A DNA stretch of 64,000 nucleotides from Fibrobacteria bacterium (GCA_050294405.1 JBNKOC010000028.1:96001-160000), one strand, 5' to 3'; positions 39,475 to 50,244 are shown, numbered from the stretch's first letter. Notes: a model not told the origin generated them from the sequence alone. Translations and numbers: made by a program.

Positions 39475-39571
39475 TTACTGTATTTTATTAAAAATAAGGG
39501 GTTTAACTCAATGCAAATCCAAAAAAACTCTAATAATTCTTAAATCTATAATTCAGAAATGATATAATGGC

Positions 39572-40324
39572 ATGGACCCCGTAATTGAAGAGGTTGATTT
39601 GGGAAAAACAGCCATCATTATTCCATGCAAAAACGAGGACAAATCAATTCAAGGACTGCTCGATCTTGTGGAAGAAAATATCCCTGATGCCGAAATAATT
39701 TTGGTGGATGACAATTCGGATAGGCAGGCGGCTGGATGGCTTCAAAATTCCAAACAAATTCATTATCTGAGAAGCCCAATTACCTTGGGAATTGGAGGGG
39801 CGGTCCAATTAGGCATCAAATATGCCTTTAAAAACGGTTTTGAAACGTTCGTCAGAATTGACGGCGACGGCCAGCATCCCCCAAAATATATTCCAGAATT
39901 AATTGAAAAAACGAAGGCTAACACCCTCGTTAGAGGAGTTCGCTCTCATAAAGATTTTATGAAAAGCAGCACCATCTTCCGAAGAATTGGTTCCTATTAT
40001 TTTATGGCTTTATTTAAAATTGTTTTCAAAAAGACATTTTCAGATCCAACATCGGGCTTCCATAGTTTCAGCCGGGACATTGCTGAAAAATTTACTCATT
40101 ACTATCCAATGGATTATCCAGAAATTGAATCTTCCGTATTGCTGCTAAAATCAGGAGCAAATATTCGTGATGTAACGGTAAAAATGAATTCACGGAAAGC
40201 CGGCCGCTCGAGCATTGATTTATTTCACACAGTTGTTTATGTATTTTCCGTAACAGTAGCCTTCATCATTTCCATATATCGAAAAAACCCCTATAGGAAA
40301 ACAGAGAATGATAACTCATATTGA
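39572..40324 (+). CDS. GT2, polyprenol-phosphate glycosyltransferase (DPM1-like)
   Basis: LGIGGAVQ.G, DGDGQHPP, DPTSGF, YP.DYPE.E, R.AG.SSI. Confidence 0.88.
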   Translation: MDPVIEEVDLGKTAIIIPCKNEDKSIQGLLDLVEENIPDAEIILVDDNSDRQAAGWLQNSKQIHYLRSPITLGIGGAVQLGIKYAFKNGFETFVRIDGDGQHPPKYIPELIEKTKANTLVRGVRSHKDFMKSSTIFRRIGSYYFMALFKIVFKKTFSDPTSGFHSFSRDIAEKFTHYYPMDYPEIESSVLLLKSGANIRDVTVKMNSRKAGRSSIDLFHTVVYVFSVTVAFIISIYRKNPYRKTENDNSY

Positions 40325-40682
40325 TTTATCAGCTAGAATCATATTCAGTTTGGCGGCCGTAGGTTTAATCGGTGGCATCATATATATGATACACCAAGGG
40401 AAAATAAAGGAAAAGTATGCGCTATTATGGTTTCCAATAACATTTATAATATTTACGATGGGTATTTTCCCTAACTTGCTTCTTGATTTATCAACTTTAA
40501 TAAACCTTCATTATATAACCGTAATTCTTTTAGGCGTTATTTTAATGTATACCTATATCCTCTTGTACTTTACTGCTAAATTATCCCAGCTTAGGGAAGA
40601 TGTTTTAAAACTTTCCCAGGAAATTGTTTTAAATAAAAGCAAAGAGCCGCCCAAAGGCGAAGAAACCAATCTTTCCTCTTAG
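40308..40682 (+). CDS. DUF2304 family membrane protein
   Basis: KIKEKYALLW, 3 TMs, coiled C-terminus ..LSQEI; usual partner of the upstream GT2. Confidence 0.8.
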   Translation: MITHIDLSARIIFSLAAVGLIGGIIYMIHQGKIKEKYALLWFPITFIIFTMGIFPNLLLDLSTLINLHYITVILLGVILMYTYILLYFTAKLSQLREDVLKLSQEIVLNKSKEPPKGEETNLSS

Positions 40683-40840
40683 ACAATATTTAAAAGCAAA
40701 TGCGGCAAAGGTCTTCTTTTATTCTATTAGTAGTTGTATTTGAATATATCTGGCTTCATCTCCAAAAATTTTTTGCGGAGAGAAAACTAAGATATACAAA
40801 CTGTATATAATGAGTAGAGGGACAAAAAGAATTAGTTGTT

Positions 40841-42379
40841 TCATGCTTTGAAAGAAGGAGTTGCTTGGGACGAATTTTTTAGCCCCATGCAGTTTTTTGA
40901 AATTCTATTGGATGGAATGCTCGTTTGCGTTTTAGCATAAATGTTGAAATTCCCAATTTTGTGGACCTTTATGTAATGCCCGTCCAAAATGTAGTGGAAA
41001 TCCTCTTGTGGAGAAATAATGATTAAATCTGGAGAGCGTTTTAAAATATATTTACCAATTTGGGTTTCAGAAAAACCAGTTTCGTGATAAGGTAATTTTT
41101 TTCCTATTACAGAATTTTTAAACTCAGCGGACTTGGCAATAGTTTTATCAATAAGACCGTGTAAATCCAAAAAATGAAAATTTGTATAGTGGCCAAAATA
41201 TCCTAATTCGCCGACCGCTACCAATTTAACATCCTGACGCTTGTTTAGCCAAGACGCCAATTTTTCATAATTGGGGTTCCAGTTACTAACTGTTTTTTTT
41301 AAGCTCTTTATATTGGGAATAATTTCCGGATTAAATATTATTTTTTTTACACTTAAATAATTTAAGCAAACAAAAAGGCTGGTAATTGAAATAATAAGAA
41401 TTAATTGATGTGTCTTGCCAAGTCTGCTAAATAAATATGCATGGGTCTTGCAGCTTATTAAAATTAAAAGGGGAATAACAGGAACAATAAATCTCCAGGC
41501 TGGCATCCAATCACCCCCGACCTTCACGCAAAAATAAAGTTGGAGAAAAATAAAGGTCCAGAATAAATAAAGTTTGCCTTTAGGATATTTAACAATACTA
41601 AGTAGGCCGTACAATGCAAACAATAGCCCTGGAAAGCTGAAATAACTCCCCAAATAATTCACAATGGTAATATGCCAGCGGGAAATGCTTTGATAACTTT
41701 TAGCGAAATAAGTATTTGGCAATATTTCTCCGTAATACCAAAATCGCAAAGCGACTAACAAAATAACAATTAGGGCAGCATATATTATTTGCCTCAGAGA
41801 AATTCGCCTTTGAAGCAACAAAACTAAGGAGAATATGACGCAATGAAGCACAGCTTCCGGCCTTGCCAATAATAAAAAAGTAAACAAAGCCAAATATGTT
41901 GTGGTACTTAGACCGGATTTGGATTTTACCAACACATAAACACAATAGAGCAAAAGAAACATATATAGTGGTGTTTCCATTCCGGACATGCTCCATATGG
42001 CGATGGGCAGAGAAGCTATGTATAAAAGCAAACTGAAATAGGGGTTCAAGCTAAGTCTCTCTGAATTGCGGATAAGTAACATGCCGGTACCCAAATAAAA
42101 GAGCCACCCCAAAATTTTTGAATAAACTAATAGGTCGCCAGGAAGGTAATAAAAAATTGCTAATGTAAGCATCCATAAGGGGTTCGAAAAGCCTTCCACC
42201 CGTTCCCCTGGATTGAACACTGGACCATTTCCCAACGCTAAATTTTTGGAGAACCTATATGTTATAAAGCTATCATCTACAGTAAAATGAGCGACATACA
42301 GCCCCATTACAATACAACCCACAAACATGAGGAAATAGGGAGATAAGAAATTAGCGCGTTTAAATTTGGATGCTCTCAT
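40841..42379 (-). CDS. GT-C membrane glycosyltransferase (arabinofuranosyltransferase-like)
   Basis: DDSFITYRFS.NL..G.G.VFN.GERVEGFSNPLW, SGMET, RPEA, PNTYFAK, GGDWM..RF, D.HGL.D. Confidence 0.8.
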   Translation of the reverse strand: MRASKFKRANFLSPYFLMFVGCIVMGLYVAHFTVDDSFITYRFSKNLALGNGPVFNPGERVEGFSNPLWMLTLAIFYYLPGDLLVYSKILGWLFYLGTGMLLIRNSERLSLNPYFSLLLYIASLPIAIWSMSGMETPLYMFLLLYCVYVLVKSKSGLSTTTYLALFTFLLLARPEAVLHCVIFSLVLLLQRRISLRQIIYAALIVILLVALRFWYYGEILPNTYFAKSYQSISRWHITIVNYLGSYFSFPGLLFALYGLLSIVKYPKGKLYLFWTFIFLQLYFCVKVGGDWMPAWRFIVPVIPLLILISCKTHAYLFSRLGKTHQLILIISITSLFVCLNYLSVKKIIFNPEIIPNIKSLKKTVSNWNPNYEKLASWLNKRQDVKLVAVGELGYFGHYTNFHFLDLHGLIDKTIAKSAEFKNSVIGKKLPYHETGFSETQIGKYILKRSPDLIIISPQEDFHYILDGHYIKVHKIGNFNIYAKTQTSIPSNRISKNCMGLKNSSQATPSFKA

Positions 42380-42396
42380 TTTCCCATGGCGATATT

Positions 42397-43206
42397 TTAG
42401 CGAACAGTTTCGATTTTATCAGCAATAAATTTGTTTAAAACAAAAGCAAAAACCACTGTGCTGATTAAAATCACGATATTATTTAAATTTTTTTTTTCAA
42501 TTTTAAAAAGGCTTATAAAGTTTATAATAAAAAAATGTGAGATGTATATGAGATAGGACAAATCTCCGATTTTAGCATCTAAAGAGGAGCTTTTTGTAAA
42601 TTGAAAAACAAAAGGGATGGAAACAGTCACAAAAGCATATAGTAAAATTAAAAATCCCGGAAAGGAAATGTAATTCCATGTTAGTATAGAAAGGCAAATA
42701 ACAAAAAACAAAATTTGATTGACTGCTGTATTGTTAAATATTTTTTTTTGGTAAATAATGTAGGACATATGGCCTAATATAAATAAAGCTAGTTCTGTGG
42801 GAAAAAGTCTGTAATTCCAGGGGTCAAAATTTAAGCCCTTTTTGTACAAAAAACGGGTTATTATGGATGGTATCAATATTAAAATAACCCAGCTTACTTT
42901 TAACCTGAAAAGAAATGGGGCTGCTAAATAAAAACACAATTCAATCCCTACGGACCAGGCCTGGGGAACCAACGAAAGATTGTAAAGAGCCGGGGCAGAA
43001 TGTCTAAAGTTACTGGTCCATTCTGTGACTCCAGTGTCTGGGTTGACCGCCATAAACATTATTAAATCTTGTCCGAAAATAAATAGGTTTGACGCAATTA
43101 AGATGATTTGCACCGCAATTCTGCCTTCAATGAGCGTGTATCCCCAAATGGACCCTGCGTGGGCCAGTACAACGGCCATAGCCAGTAAAAATCTTATGGT
43201 TCCCAT
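42397..43206 (-). pseudogene. Acyltransferase-3 (OafA-like), apparently with an in-frame internal deletion
   Basis: RFLLA.AVV..H, WSVGIELCFY and GDLSY..Y..H are present, but the F(F/Y)xISGF and RxxR segments are absent after 'AVQ'. The ORF is intact (269 aa). Confidence 0.55.
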
Positions 43207-44774
43207 GTTAGGTTTTCATATTTCCAAATTTTACCGGAGGAAGAGGCTACTTGCCTGGCAGGAGGCTCTGAATAACTCTTCCCAAAAAAATTATTTTCGG
43301 GTATGTTATCCTCAAAATGGATGTGCAGTAAATGTGCAACCGCGTAAAAGAAATTTTCTAATTGAATTTTTTTAGAAGAATTTGCATTTAGCTGTTCCGC
43401 CATAAGGGGAAAAGTCTCACGATATTTTTCAGACAGCCAGACCAAAAAAGGAACCTCGAATTCTACAGGCAGGGGAGTTGGATAGCCATGTCCAAATCCG
43501 GTGTGGCCATTATCGAATAACAATTCTCCGTGATCAGAAAGGTAGATCACCCCCGAGGCTTCATTTAAAGCATTTAAATTATTTATCATTTGGGCTAACA
43601 AGGAGTCCTGGTAAGCGACGGATAAATTGTATTCATAAATGATTTTATCTTTTTTGGAATTGGAAAGCGCTTTCAAATTTGGAGTGTTAAAATTTTTAGG
43701 AACTCGTTTTTTATAATCAATATGGCTGCCCAGAAGATGGATGAAGATGATTTTTTTAGAGTCAGGCTGTTTTAGTATGTTATCTAATACTGGCAGAACC
43801 TTTTCATCCAAGGAGGGAATGGCCCAGTAGGTATTAGTATAATGTTGATGATGGCTTTCCTTGGCGATAGCCGTTATCTCAGAGTCTCTAAAACCGTATC
43901 TGCTTTGATTTCCAATCCAATAGCTGGTAAAGCCTGCCTCTTTTGCTAGGCTCACAATGGATGATTTTTTAAAGGATTCATCTGGATTGTTCACGGTTCC
44001 AGGGGTCAGCACTAATCTAAGGGACTCCCGAGTTAAGTTTACCGGGGAAATAACATCCTTAAAAACAATAAGTTTTTCTTTTTTAAGGAAAGGATTAGTG
44101 CCCTGGGGATATCCATATACCTCCATGTTTTGTCTGCGGGCGGATTCTCCAATGACCACAATATATGTTTCATGGAGCTGAGCTAAGCTATCGGCCCGAA
44201 TGGCATTGTATTTCCAGGAACTCTTTGAGGCCAGGAATTCACTGACCCGGTTTTTCTCTTCAAAATAATTTTGCAACGCCAAAAGGGATTCCAAAGGATA
44301 CACGGCTCTGGTGAAACCCATAAATAAAAATTCAAAAGCAAAAAGCACATATAGCAGAAAGACTAAATACTTTGTTTTGCTTTTTTGTTTCGCAGATTGC
44401 CTTGGGGTTTTGTAGAAAGCGGTACCAAAGATGATAATATGCAGGAAAAACACCATATAACTGGATGGCCTGGCCAATACAAATTCTTTACTTTCCAAAT
44501 AATTGCTCTCAAAAATAGCCGCCCAACCACCAACTGTAATAATCTCATTGTAATTTAAAAAATGGGTTAGTTGGAAAATATTAATAAGCAATAAAGGCGA
44601 TGTTATCCATAAAAAGTATTTCCGGTTTTTATTTAATAAAAAATATAGTCCATATAAACTTAAAACATAGATAGCAAAGTGGATAGTATTCCCTGCATTG
44701 AACTCTATATATGCCAACTTTAAAATGGGTGGTATCCAAAGCAGGGCGAAATAAAGCAAAAAAGGAATGGGCAT
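43194..44774 (-). CDS. Phosphoethanolamine transferase (EptA/CptA-like)
   Basis: TM N-terminus; VVIGESARR, T.ESL, HLLGSH..Y..R, YLSDHGE. Confidence 0.88.
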   Translation of the reverse strand: MPIPFLLYFALLWIPPILKLAYIEFNAGNTIHFAIYVLSLYGLYFLLNKNRKYFLWITSPLLLINIFQLTHFLNYNEIITVGGWAAIFESNYLESKEFVLARPSSYMVFFLHIIIFGTAFYKTPRQSAKQKSKTKYLVFLLYVLFAFEFLFMGFTRAVYPLESLLALQNYFEEKNRVSEFLASKSSWKYNAIRADSLAQLHETYIVVIGESARRQNMEVYGYPQGTNPFLKKEKLIVFKDVISPVNLTRESLRLVLTPGTVNNPDESFKKSSIVSLAKEAGFTSYWIGNQSRYGFRDSEITAIAKESHHQHYTNTYWAIPSLDEKVLPVLDNILKQPDSKKIIFIHLLGSHIDYKKRVPKNFNTPNLKALSNSKKDKIIYEYNLSVAYQDSLLAQMINNLNALNEASGVIYLSDHGELLFDNGHTGFGHGYPTPLPVEFEVPFLVWLSEKYRETFPLMAEQLNANSSKKIQLENFFYAVAHLLHIHFEDNIPENNFFGKSYSEPPARQVASSSGKIWKYENLTWEP

Positions 44775-45556
44775 TATAAAGATGGGTTAAGGCTATCGCT
44801 AAGAATAATTTTTACCTGTTTCCGTTCCATCAGGCTTTCTGCCAGTTTTTTACTATTAACGGTGAATACATGGATATTTTTTGATCCAAACTCACCCTTG
44901 TAAATTGCGTACAAATCAAAAGGCATAGAGAGAGCGTAAAAGGGACCCTTTGTATAATTCCATTTTATCTGTAGCATTTTTAAAAAGCGATATATTGGGT
45001 TTTTGCTTTTTGGAAGCCAAATCCAATAACTGGTAAAATATCCATGCTGGGCAAAAGGCCTGAGGTTATCGGGAGATTGGGATTCTATCAAAATGTTGCT
45101 CTTGATTTTATAAACCGCATTTAATTGGTTTAACTTTTCCAGACTTTGTTTTAAACCCTTGGAATCCAGCTCTCCACAATTTTTAAAGTCCAACCAAAAT
45201 TTTGTGTGTCCCTGAAACTGATGAAATACATTTTCTAAATACAAGGAGGATGTATCTTCGGCCTTTGGAGGATAGTCATGGGAAACCAAAAATTTATTTT
45301 TATGGGGTAAATAAAAAATATCAATTTCCACCCCGGCATATCCCTTATCCACAGCAGCTTTGATGCTATTTATGGAGTTTTCTTTTTCATATGAACTGTA
45401 GCCCCTATGGCTCCAAATTTTAGATCCTCCATATTCAAATATTTGAGTATTATTCGCCGTTGCATATTTCCAGTTTATCCAGCCTACAAAGGATAGTGGT
45501 ATACCAAGTAAGGCAGCCACAAGGGTTAGAATGATTTTATTTTGAATTATATACAT
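44774..45556 (-). CDS. Glycerophosphodiester phosphodiesterase-like protein
   Basis: SHRG...ENS, GVEIDI, VSHD, WLDFKN. Confidence 0.75.
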   Translation of the reverse strand: MYIIQNKIILTLVAALLGIPLSFVGWINWKYATANNTQIFEYGGSKIWSHRGYSSYEKENSINSIKAAVDKGYAGVEIDIFYLPHKNKFLVSHDYPPKAEDTSSLYLENVFHQFQGHTKFWLDFKNCGELDSKGLKQSLEKLNQLNAVYKIKSNILIESQSPDNLRPFAQHGYFTSYWIWLPKSKNPIYRFLKMLQIKWNYTKGPFYALSMPFDLYAIYKGEFGSKNIHVFTVNSKKLAESLMERKQVKIILSDSLNPSL

Positions 45557-45634
45557 GAAATTTTATTCCCAAAATGCCTTTATTTTGGGAGAAACCGGCT
45601 GCCAGTTTTGATATGATTATATAATTAACGGAAA

Positions 45635-47197
45635 ATGAAAGTAAACTTGAAAATCATAGAGGAAAAAGGCCACTTTTTCGCTGTTGTTTTTACTCTATGT
45701 CTGCTGCTGTTTTTGCTTTGTCAAAGAGTAAGCCATCACAGGTTGCCCCACGGAGATGAGGGTTCCTGGATGGCGGTTGCGGCCGAATTGTCCAAGGGAA
45801 ATGGATTTAGCACACGCTGGGTGGAATTTCCATTTTTAACCCCTTATGAAGCCCCCCGCAGCGATGATTTTCGATACCCGGGTCTGGTGGTATTGCTGGC
45901 AGCGGCCTTTAAAATTTTTGGGATCCATTACCAACTGGCTTTATGGGTGGTGGCTGCCGTATATTTTGTGAGTTGTATTGCTTTTTATTTTTTGATTCGC
46001 TCTCATTTCGGTCGAGCAACAGCGTTAATAAGTTTGCTTTTGGCAAGCCTCTCCCCTCTCCAACTGTATTGGAATACTCAGGTTTATTCAGAGGGCCTAT
46101 TTTTATTGGGCCTTGTAGCTTTTGTGTACTCCTGTTCCAAATTAAACACAAAACAACCTAAAACTTTTTTTCTGGCCGGAGTTTGTTTAGCAGGGGTTTA
46201 TTTAATTAGGCCTAATGCTTTGATCTGTATTTTGGGATTTTTAGCCTACACCCCCAATGTTGTCCATGGGAAAAAAGAATTTTTCACCAATATGCTGGCG
46301 GTCGGGGTAGGATGTGTATTAGCTGTTTTGCCCTGGTTATTGCGCAATTATTTGTCCTTTGGCAATCCCCTGCATTTCGCCAATAGCAGCGCCATATTCA
46401 TGGGCAATATGAACGATCCTGTTAACATGACTCCAATGGAATATTTTCAAAGTTATGGATTTTGGTTCCAGTTTGAAAGGATGTTTTACGGCTGCCTGAA
46501 TTTTTATAACGCTTGGATGCTCTATGATCATGGACTTTTTATTATCCCTATGTTAGCTGTGTTTTTGGGGATTCGTAAAGGCGGATTTTACAACAAGGTT
46601 GTGGCTATTGGTTTTGGAGCAACCCTTGTGATTTGCTGCTTTATGTCCTACAGCCTAAGCGAAGCTGCTATTCGGTATTTTTCTCCTTTTGCTTTATTTT
46701 TTATGGCCTATGGTGTGCACCAATGCCTGCAACTCCTCAACAGCAAAACTCTAGGATTGAATAAAGTTCCTGAGCAGTTAAGAACAGGAATATTGGCTTT
46801 TATTTTGATACTGCCAATTATCAATCCTCAACGGTTTTATTTGAGGAAATATGCCGCTCTCCATCCTGTGGATATGAGTGAAGTAAATAATTACAAAGAG
46901 GCCCATTTGAAGCTAATTGGGAATAATTATTACCTGAGCCGCTATTTGTGCCAGCTCAATTTTGAATTGGAAGGAAAATGTCTGGGAATTCAATCGCGGG
47001 GCGATAACCGAATTTTGGAGGCGATTCCCAAGGCCATCAACTCCCTGAATCCTCCTTTTCTTGCACTTACAAGAGAAGAGGCGCAATCAGTTTTGGGCAA
47101 ACAGATTTTATTTAAAATCAGGGAGCAGAGTTCAGACCCCCAGGAAGTTTGGAAAAACAGCTTTGCTGTGATTTACAATTTAGCCCCAAAAAAGTAG
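45635..47197 (+). CDS. ArnT/GT39-like membrane glycosyltransferase
   Basis: GDEG.W...A, R.PG, YSE.LF, YLIRPN, PWLLRNY..FG. Confidence 0.8.
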   Translation: MKVNLKIIEEKGHFFAVVFTLCLLLFLLCQRVSHHRLPHGDEGSWMAVAAELSKGNGFSTRWVEFPFLTPYEAPRSDDFRYPGLVVLLAAAFKIFGIHYQLALWVVAAVYFVSCIAFYFLIRSHFGRATALISLLLASLSPLQLYWNTQVYSEGLFLLGLVAFVYSCSKLNTKQPKTFFLAGVCLAGVYLIRPNALICILGFLAYTPNVVHGKKEFFTNMLAVGVGCVLAVLPWLLRNYLSFGNPLHFANSSAIFMGNMNDPVNMTPMEYFQSYGFWFQFERMFYGCLNFYNAWMLYDHGLFIIPMLAVFLGIRKGGFYNKVVAIGFGATLVICCFMSYSLSEAAIRYFSPFALFFMAYGVHQCLQLLNSKTLGLNKVPEQLRTGILAFILILPIINPQRFYLRKYAALHPVDMSEVNNYKEAHLKLIGNNYYLSRYLCQLNFELEGKCLGIQSRGDNRILEAIPKAINSLNPPFLALTREEAQSVLGKQILFKIREQSSDPQEVWKNSFAVIYNLAPKK

Positions 47198-47230
47198 TTT
47201 CCTAGCTCTTCCAGCAATTTGGAAAATACT

Positions 47231-48469
47231 ATGGAACTATTTCAATTCGATAAACCAGGGTATTATGGAAAATTCGGGGGCTGCTTTGTGCCCGAAATTT
47301 TAAAAGCGACCCTGGATGAGCTCACTAAGGTTTTTTATGAAGTTAAAGACGATCCAACTTTTTGGGTGCGCTATGTAGATGAATTACATGAATATTGTGG
47401 ACGTCCCACTCCGGTAACTTATTTGAAAAATTTAACGGAAAAATTGGGCGGGGCCAAAATTTATGCTAAGCGGGAAGATTTAAACCACACCGGAGCCCAT
47501 AAAGCCAATAATGTTATTGGCCAGGGGCTTTTGACCCAGTATATGGGAAAAAAACGGGTTATTGCTGAAACCGGGGCTGGCCAACATGGGGTGGCAACCG
47601 CTACTATGGCGGCAAAATTCGGCCTGGAGTGTACCATATACATGGGTGAGGTGGATGTAAATCGCCAGAGACCCAATGTATTTTGGATGGAACAAATGGG
47701 GGCGAAAGTTGTTTCCGTAAAAACGGGCCAACGAACTTTAAAAGATGCCATTAGTGAAGCCCTTAGGGATTGGGCAGAATCCATGGACAACTCTCATTAT
47801 GTTATGGGAACAGCCTGCGGGCCTCATCCTTTTCCCGAAATGGTAAGCTGGTTTCAATCTATTATCGGCCTTGAGGCCAAGGCCCAAATAAAACGCATGG
47901 CGGGCAGGTATCCCGACAGAGTTTACGCTTGCGTTGGGGGCGGCTCTAATGCTATGGGAATTTTCCAGGGCTTTATAGATGAAGAAGGGGTGGAATTAGT
48001 GGGGGTAGAAGCCGGTGGCAGAGGCATGGAATTGGGGCAGCACGCTGCCCGTTTGGCCAAAGGCTCTACGGCATCCCTGGGTGTGGCCCATGGCTACAAA
48101 ACTCAATTTTTGCAGGACAAAAATGGGCAGATGACAGAAACCCACTCTGTGTCTGCGGGATTGGATTATATGGGAGTTTCTCCCATATTGGCCCATTTAA
48201 ATGAAATTGGCAAGGTGCGTTTTGAAGCGGCCACCGATGAAGAAGTTGTGGAAACATTAAAATTGGTTATGAAGCACGAAGGAATTATCCCCGCGCTGGA
48301 AAGCACCCATGCTTTTGTGACTGGGTTAAAAGAAGCGGCTCAAATGAAAAAAGATGAGGTTGTTTTAATCAACCAGTCAGGCAGGGGAGACAAGGATATA
48401 TTCACTGTAGCCGATGCCATACACGATCCCAGCTGGAACAGTTTTTTAAAAAGCAAAATTAAAGAATGA
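47231..48469 (+). CDS. trpB: Tryptophan synthase beta chain
   Basis: KREDLNHTGAHKANN, AETGAGQHG, CVGGGSNA, HSVSAGLDY, SGRGDKD. Confidence 0.97.
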   Translation: MELFQFDKPGYYGKFGGCFVPEILKATLDELTKVFYEVKDDPTFWVRYVDELHEYCGRPTPVTYLKNLTEKLGGAKIYAKREDLNHTGAHKANNVIGQGLLTQYMGKKRVIAETGAGQHGVATATMAAKFGLECTIYMGEVDVNRQRPNVFWMEQMGAKVVSVKTGQRTLKDAISEALRDWAESMDNSHYVMGTACGPHPFPEMVSWFQSIIGLEAKAQIKRMAGRYPDRVYACVGGGSNAMGIFQGFIDEEGVELVGVEAGGRGMELGQHAARLAKGSTASLGVAHGYKTQFLQDKNGQMTETHSVSAGLDYMGVSPILAHLNEIGKVRFEAATDEEVVETLKLVMKHEGIIPALESTHAFVTGLKEAAQMKKDEVVLINQSGRGDKDIFTVADAIHDPSWNSFLKSKIKE

Positions 48470-49233
48470 ATTTAGAAGCAATCATTTCGGATTCTGTTGA
48501 AAAAAAGGGCATAGCCACCATGTGCCATATTGTATGTGGTTACCCTTCTTTTGAAGACAATGAAAAAATATTAGATGTTATGGATGAAAACGGTGTTGAG
48601 TTTGTGGAATTCCAATTTCCTTTTTCCGAACCCATAGCAGATGGCCCCTTGTTTTTAAAAGCCAACCAGGCCAGCATTGATGCTGGGACCACAACAGAAG
48701 ACTGCCTTCAATTTTTAGCCAAATGTGCTGCCAAATACAATTTTAAACCGGTAATGATGGGTTATTACAATACTATTTTTAATTTTGGCGAATCCCTGTT
48801 TTGCCAACGGCTAAAAGAAGCTGGAGCTTGTGCCTTAATAATCCCCGATTTACCGATTGAAGAAGCCCAATCATTGAGGGACGAATGTGTAAAACAGGAT
48901 TTAAACCTGGTTCCCCTAGTGGCTCCCACAAATACCGTAGATCGGCTAAAAGAAGTTTTGGATTTAGGCCAGGGCTTTATTTATGCAGTGGCCAGAAAGG
49001 GAGTCACCGGGAAAAAAACTGAATTTTCTTTGAATTTAGAAGGCTACTTAGGCAACATTAAGTCCATTTCCAATTTACCTCTGGCCGTGGGTTTTGGCGT
49101 TTCTGGAAAATCCGATTTAGATTATTTAAAAGGCAAAGCCCACATGGCTGTTATTGGAACTGCGGTTTTAAAGACCTATTTGGAATCCGGTCAGGAAGGC
49201 CTTAAAAACTTTTTTAAATCCATATTTTCTTAA
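48466..49233 (+). CDS. trpA: Tryptophan synthase alpha chain
   Basis: PFSEPIADGP, MGYYN, IIPDLP.EE, GVTG, VGFG. Confidence 0.95.
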   Translation: MNLEAIISDSVEKKGIATMCHIVCGYPSFEDNEKILDVMDENGVEFVEFQFPFSEPIADGPLFLKANQASIDAGTTTEDCLQFLAKCAAKYNFKPVMMGYYNTIFNFGESLFCQRLKEAGACALIIPDLPIEEAQSLRDECVKQDLNLVPLVAPTNTVDRLKEVLDLGQGFIYAVARKGVTGKKTEFSLNLEGYLGNIKSISNLPLAVGFGVSGKSDLDYLKGKAHMAVIGTAVLKTYLESGQEGLKNFFKSIFS

Positions 49234-49248
49234 GGGATTTTTAAAAGC

Positions 49249-50244
49249 TTATTCCACCGAATGGGATAGACCGTGTTCCTCCAACAATTTGATTTCAGTT
49301 ACGCTGTCTTCAATAACTAAAATCACAACCTGCTGTCCGTCTTGCGGGGTAAAATCCAACTCCAAATGATCTAAGCTGAAAATGATTTCGGAACTAACAT
49401 TTACCACAAAGCCGGTTTCGCTTTGGGCGATTTCTCCCGGATAAATTTCACCGGCCTTGTCTTCAATTTGCTCCACAAATATTTCCTGACCTTCCTCATT
49501 TTCATAATAATAATGAATAGGGCTTTCCGGGCTTAACTCCACAGGCAATATCTGATAAGACTCCTCCCTTTCTTCGATGTAATCCTCGTTACTGCCTTCT
49601 GATTTGGAATTAAAGAAAACAAATTCCAAAGGAGCTAATTCCAAAATGTCCGCTTCGCTATTCTCAATTTCAAGTTTCAAACTATTCACTAAATCGCCCA
49701 GTAAGAAAATAATTTCCAATGGCCCAGTGGGAACTTCGGAAATTGTAAAGCGACCACTCTCCTGTATTTCAACGGGCAATTCCATACCCGTAACAAAAAT
49801 GGACAATTGGTCTAAAGTGAAAGTTTCGGGTATATGTATAGAGCCTGTTAAACTCAATTTAGGTTGTAAAGCCAAATTTTTTAGACCCACCGCAGAGTCT
49901 GCCTTTAAATCCACTACAGTCCGAGGTAAAGAAAGGGCTTCGGAACTAATTGGAGTGGACAACACATATTTTCCAGCGCTTAAATTTTCGAATATAAAAC
50001 TGCCTTTTTCATTGGTGGTATCCGTTTTAAGCACAGACGGATTTTCATCTGAAAGATTAAGAGAAAGCCGAGCCAAAGCCACAGGACGCATGGCCACGGG
50101 ATTGTTGCCTGCGTCTAACAATGTGCCGCTGATGGAGTTGGGCACTTCTGTTCCCCCGCCTGCTACTTTGTCCGATGGCCCGCAACCAACAATGCATAGT
50201 AGAGGGTAAAGAAAAAATAGAACCGTTAAAAAAATCTGCTTCAT
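49249..50244 (-). CDS. Lipoprotein with carboxypeptidase-regulatory-like domains
   Basis: IVG-C lipobox, AGGGTEVPN, TDTTNEKGSF.F..L..G.Y. Confidence 0.7.
   Translation of the reverse strand: MKQIFLTVLFFLYPLLCIVGCGPSDKVAGGGTEVPNSISGTLLDAGNNPVAMRPVALARLSLNLSDENPSVLKTDTTNEKGSFIFENLSAGKYVLSTPISSEALSLPRTVVDLKADSAVGLKNLALQPKLSLTGSIHIPETFTLDQLSIFVTGMELPVEIQESGRFTISEVPTGPLEIIFLLGDLVNSLKLEIENSEADILELAPLEFVFFNSKSEGSNEDYIEEREESYQILPVELSPESPIHYYYENEEGQEIFVEQIEDKAGEIYPGEIAQSETGFVVNVSSEIIFSLDHLELDFTPQDGQQVVILVIEDSVTEIKLLEEHGLSHSVE

Noticed and set aside
47198..47230. trp attenuator or T-box before trpB
   Set aside because: Only 33 bp separate trpB from the upstream gene; no Trp-codon leader or terminator
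49604..50209. 201-aa plus-strand ORF and the many other short overlapping ORFs in the track
   Set aside because: Antisense or off-frame shadows of well-supported genes with no recognisable motifs
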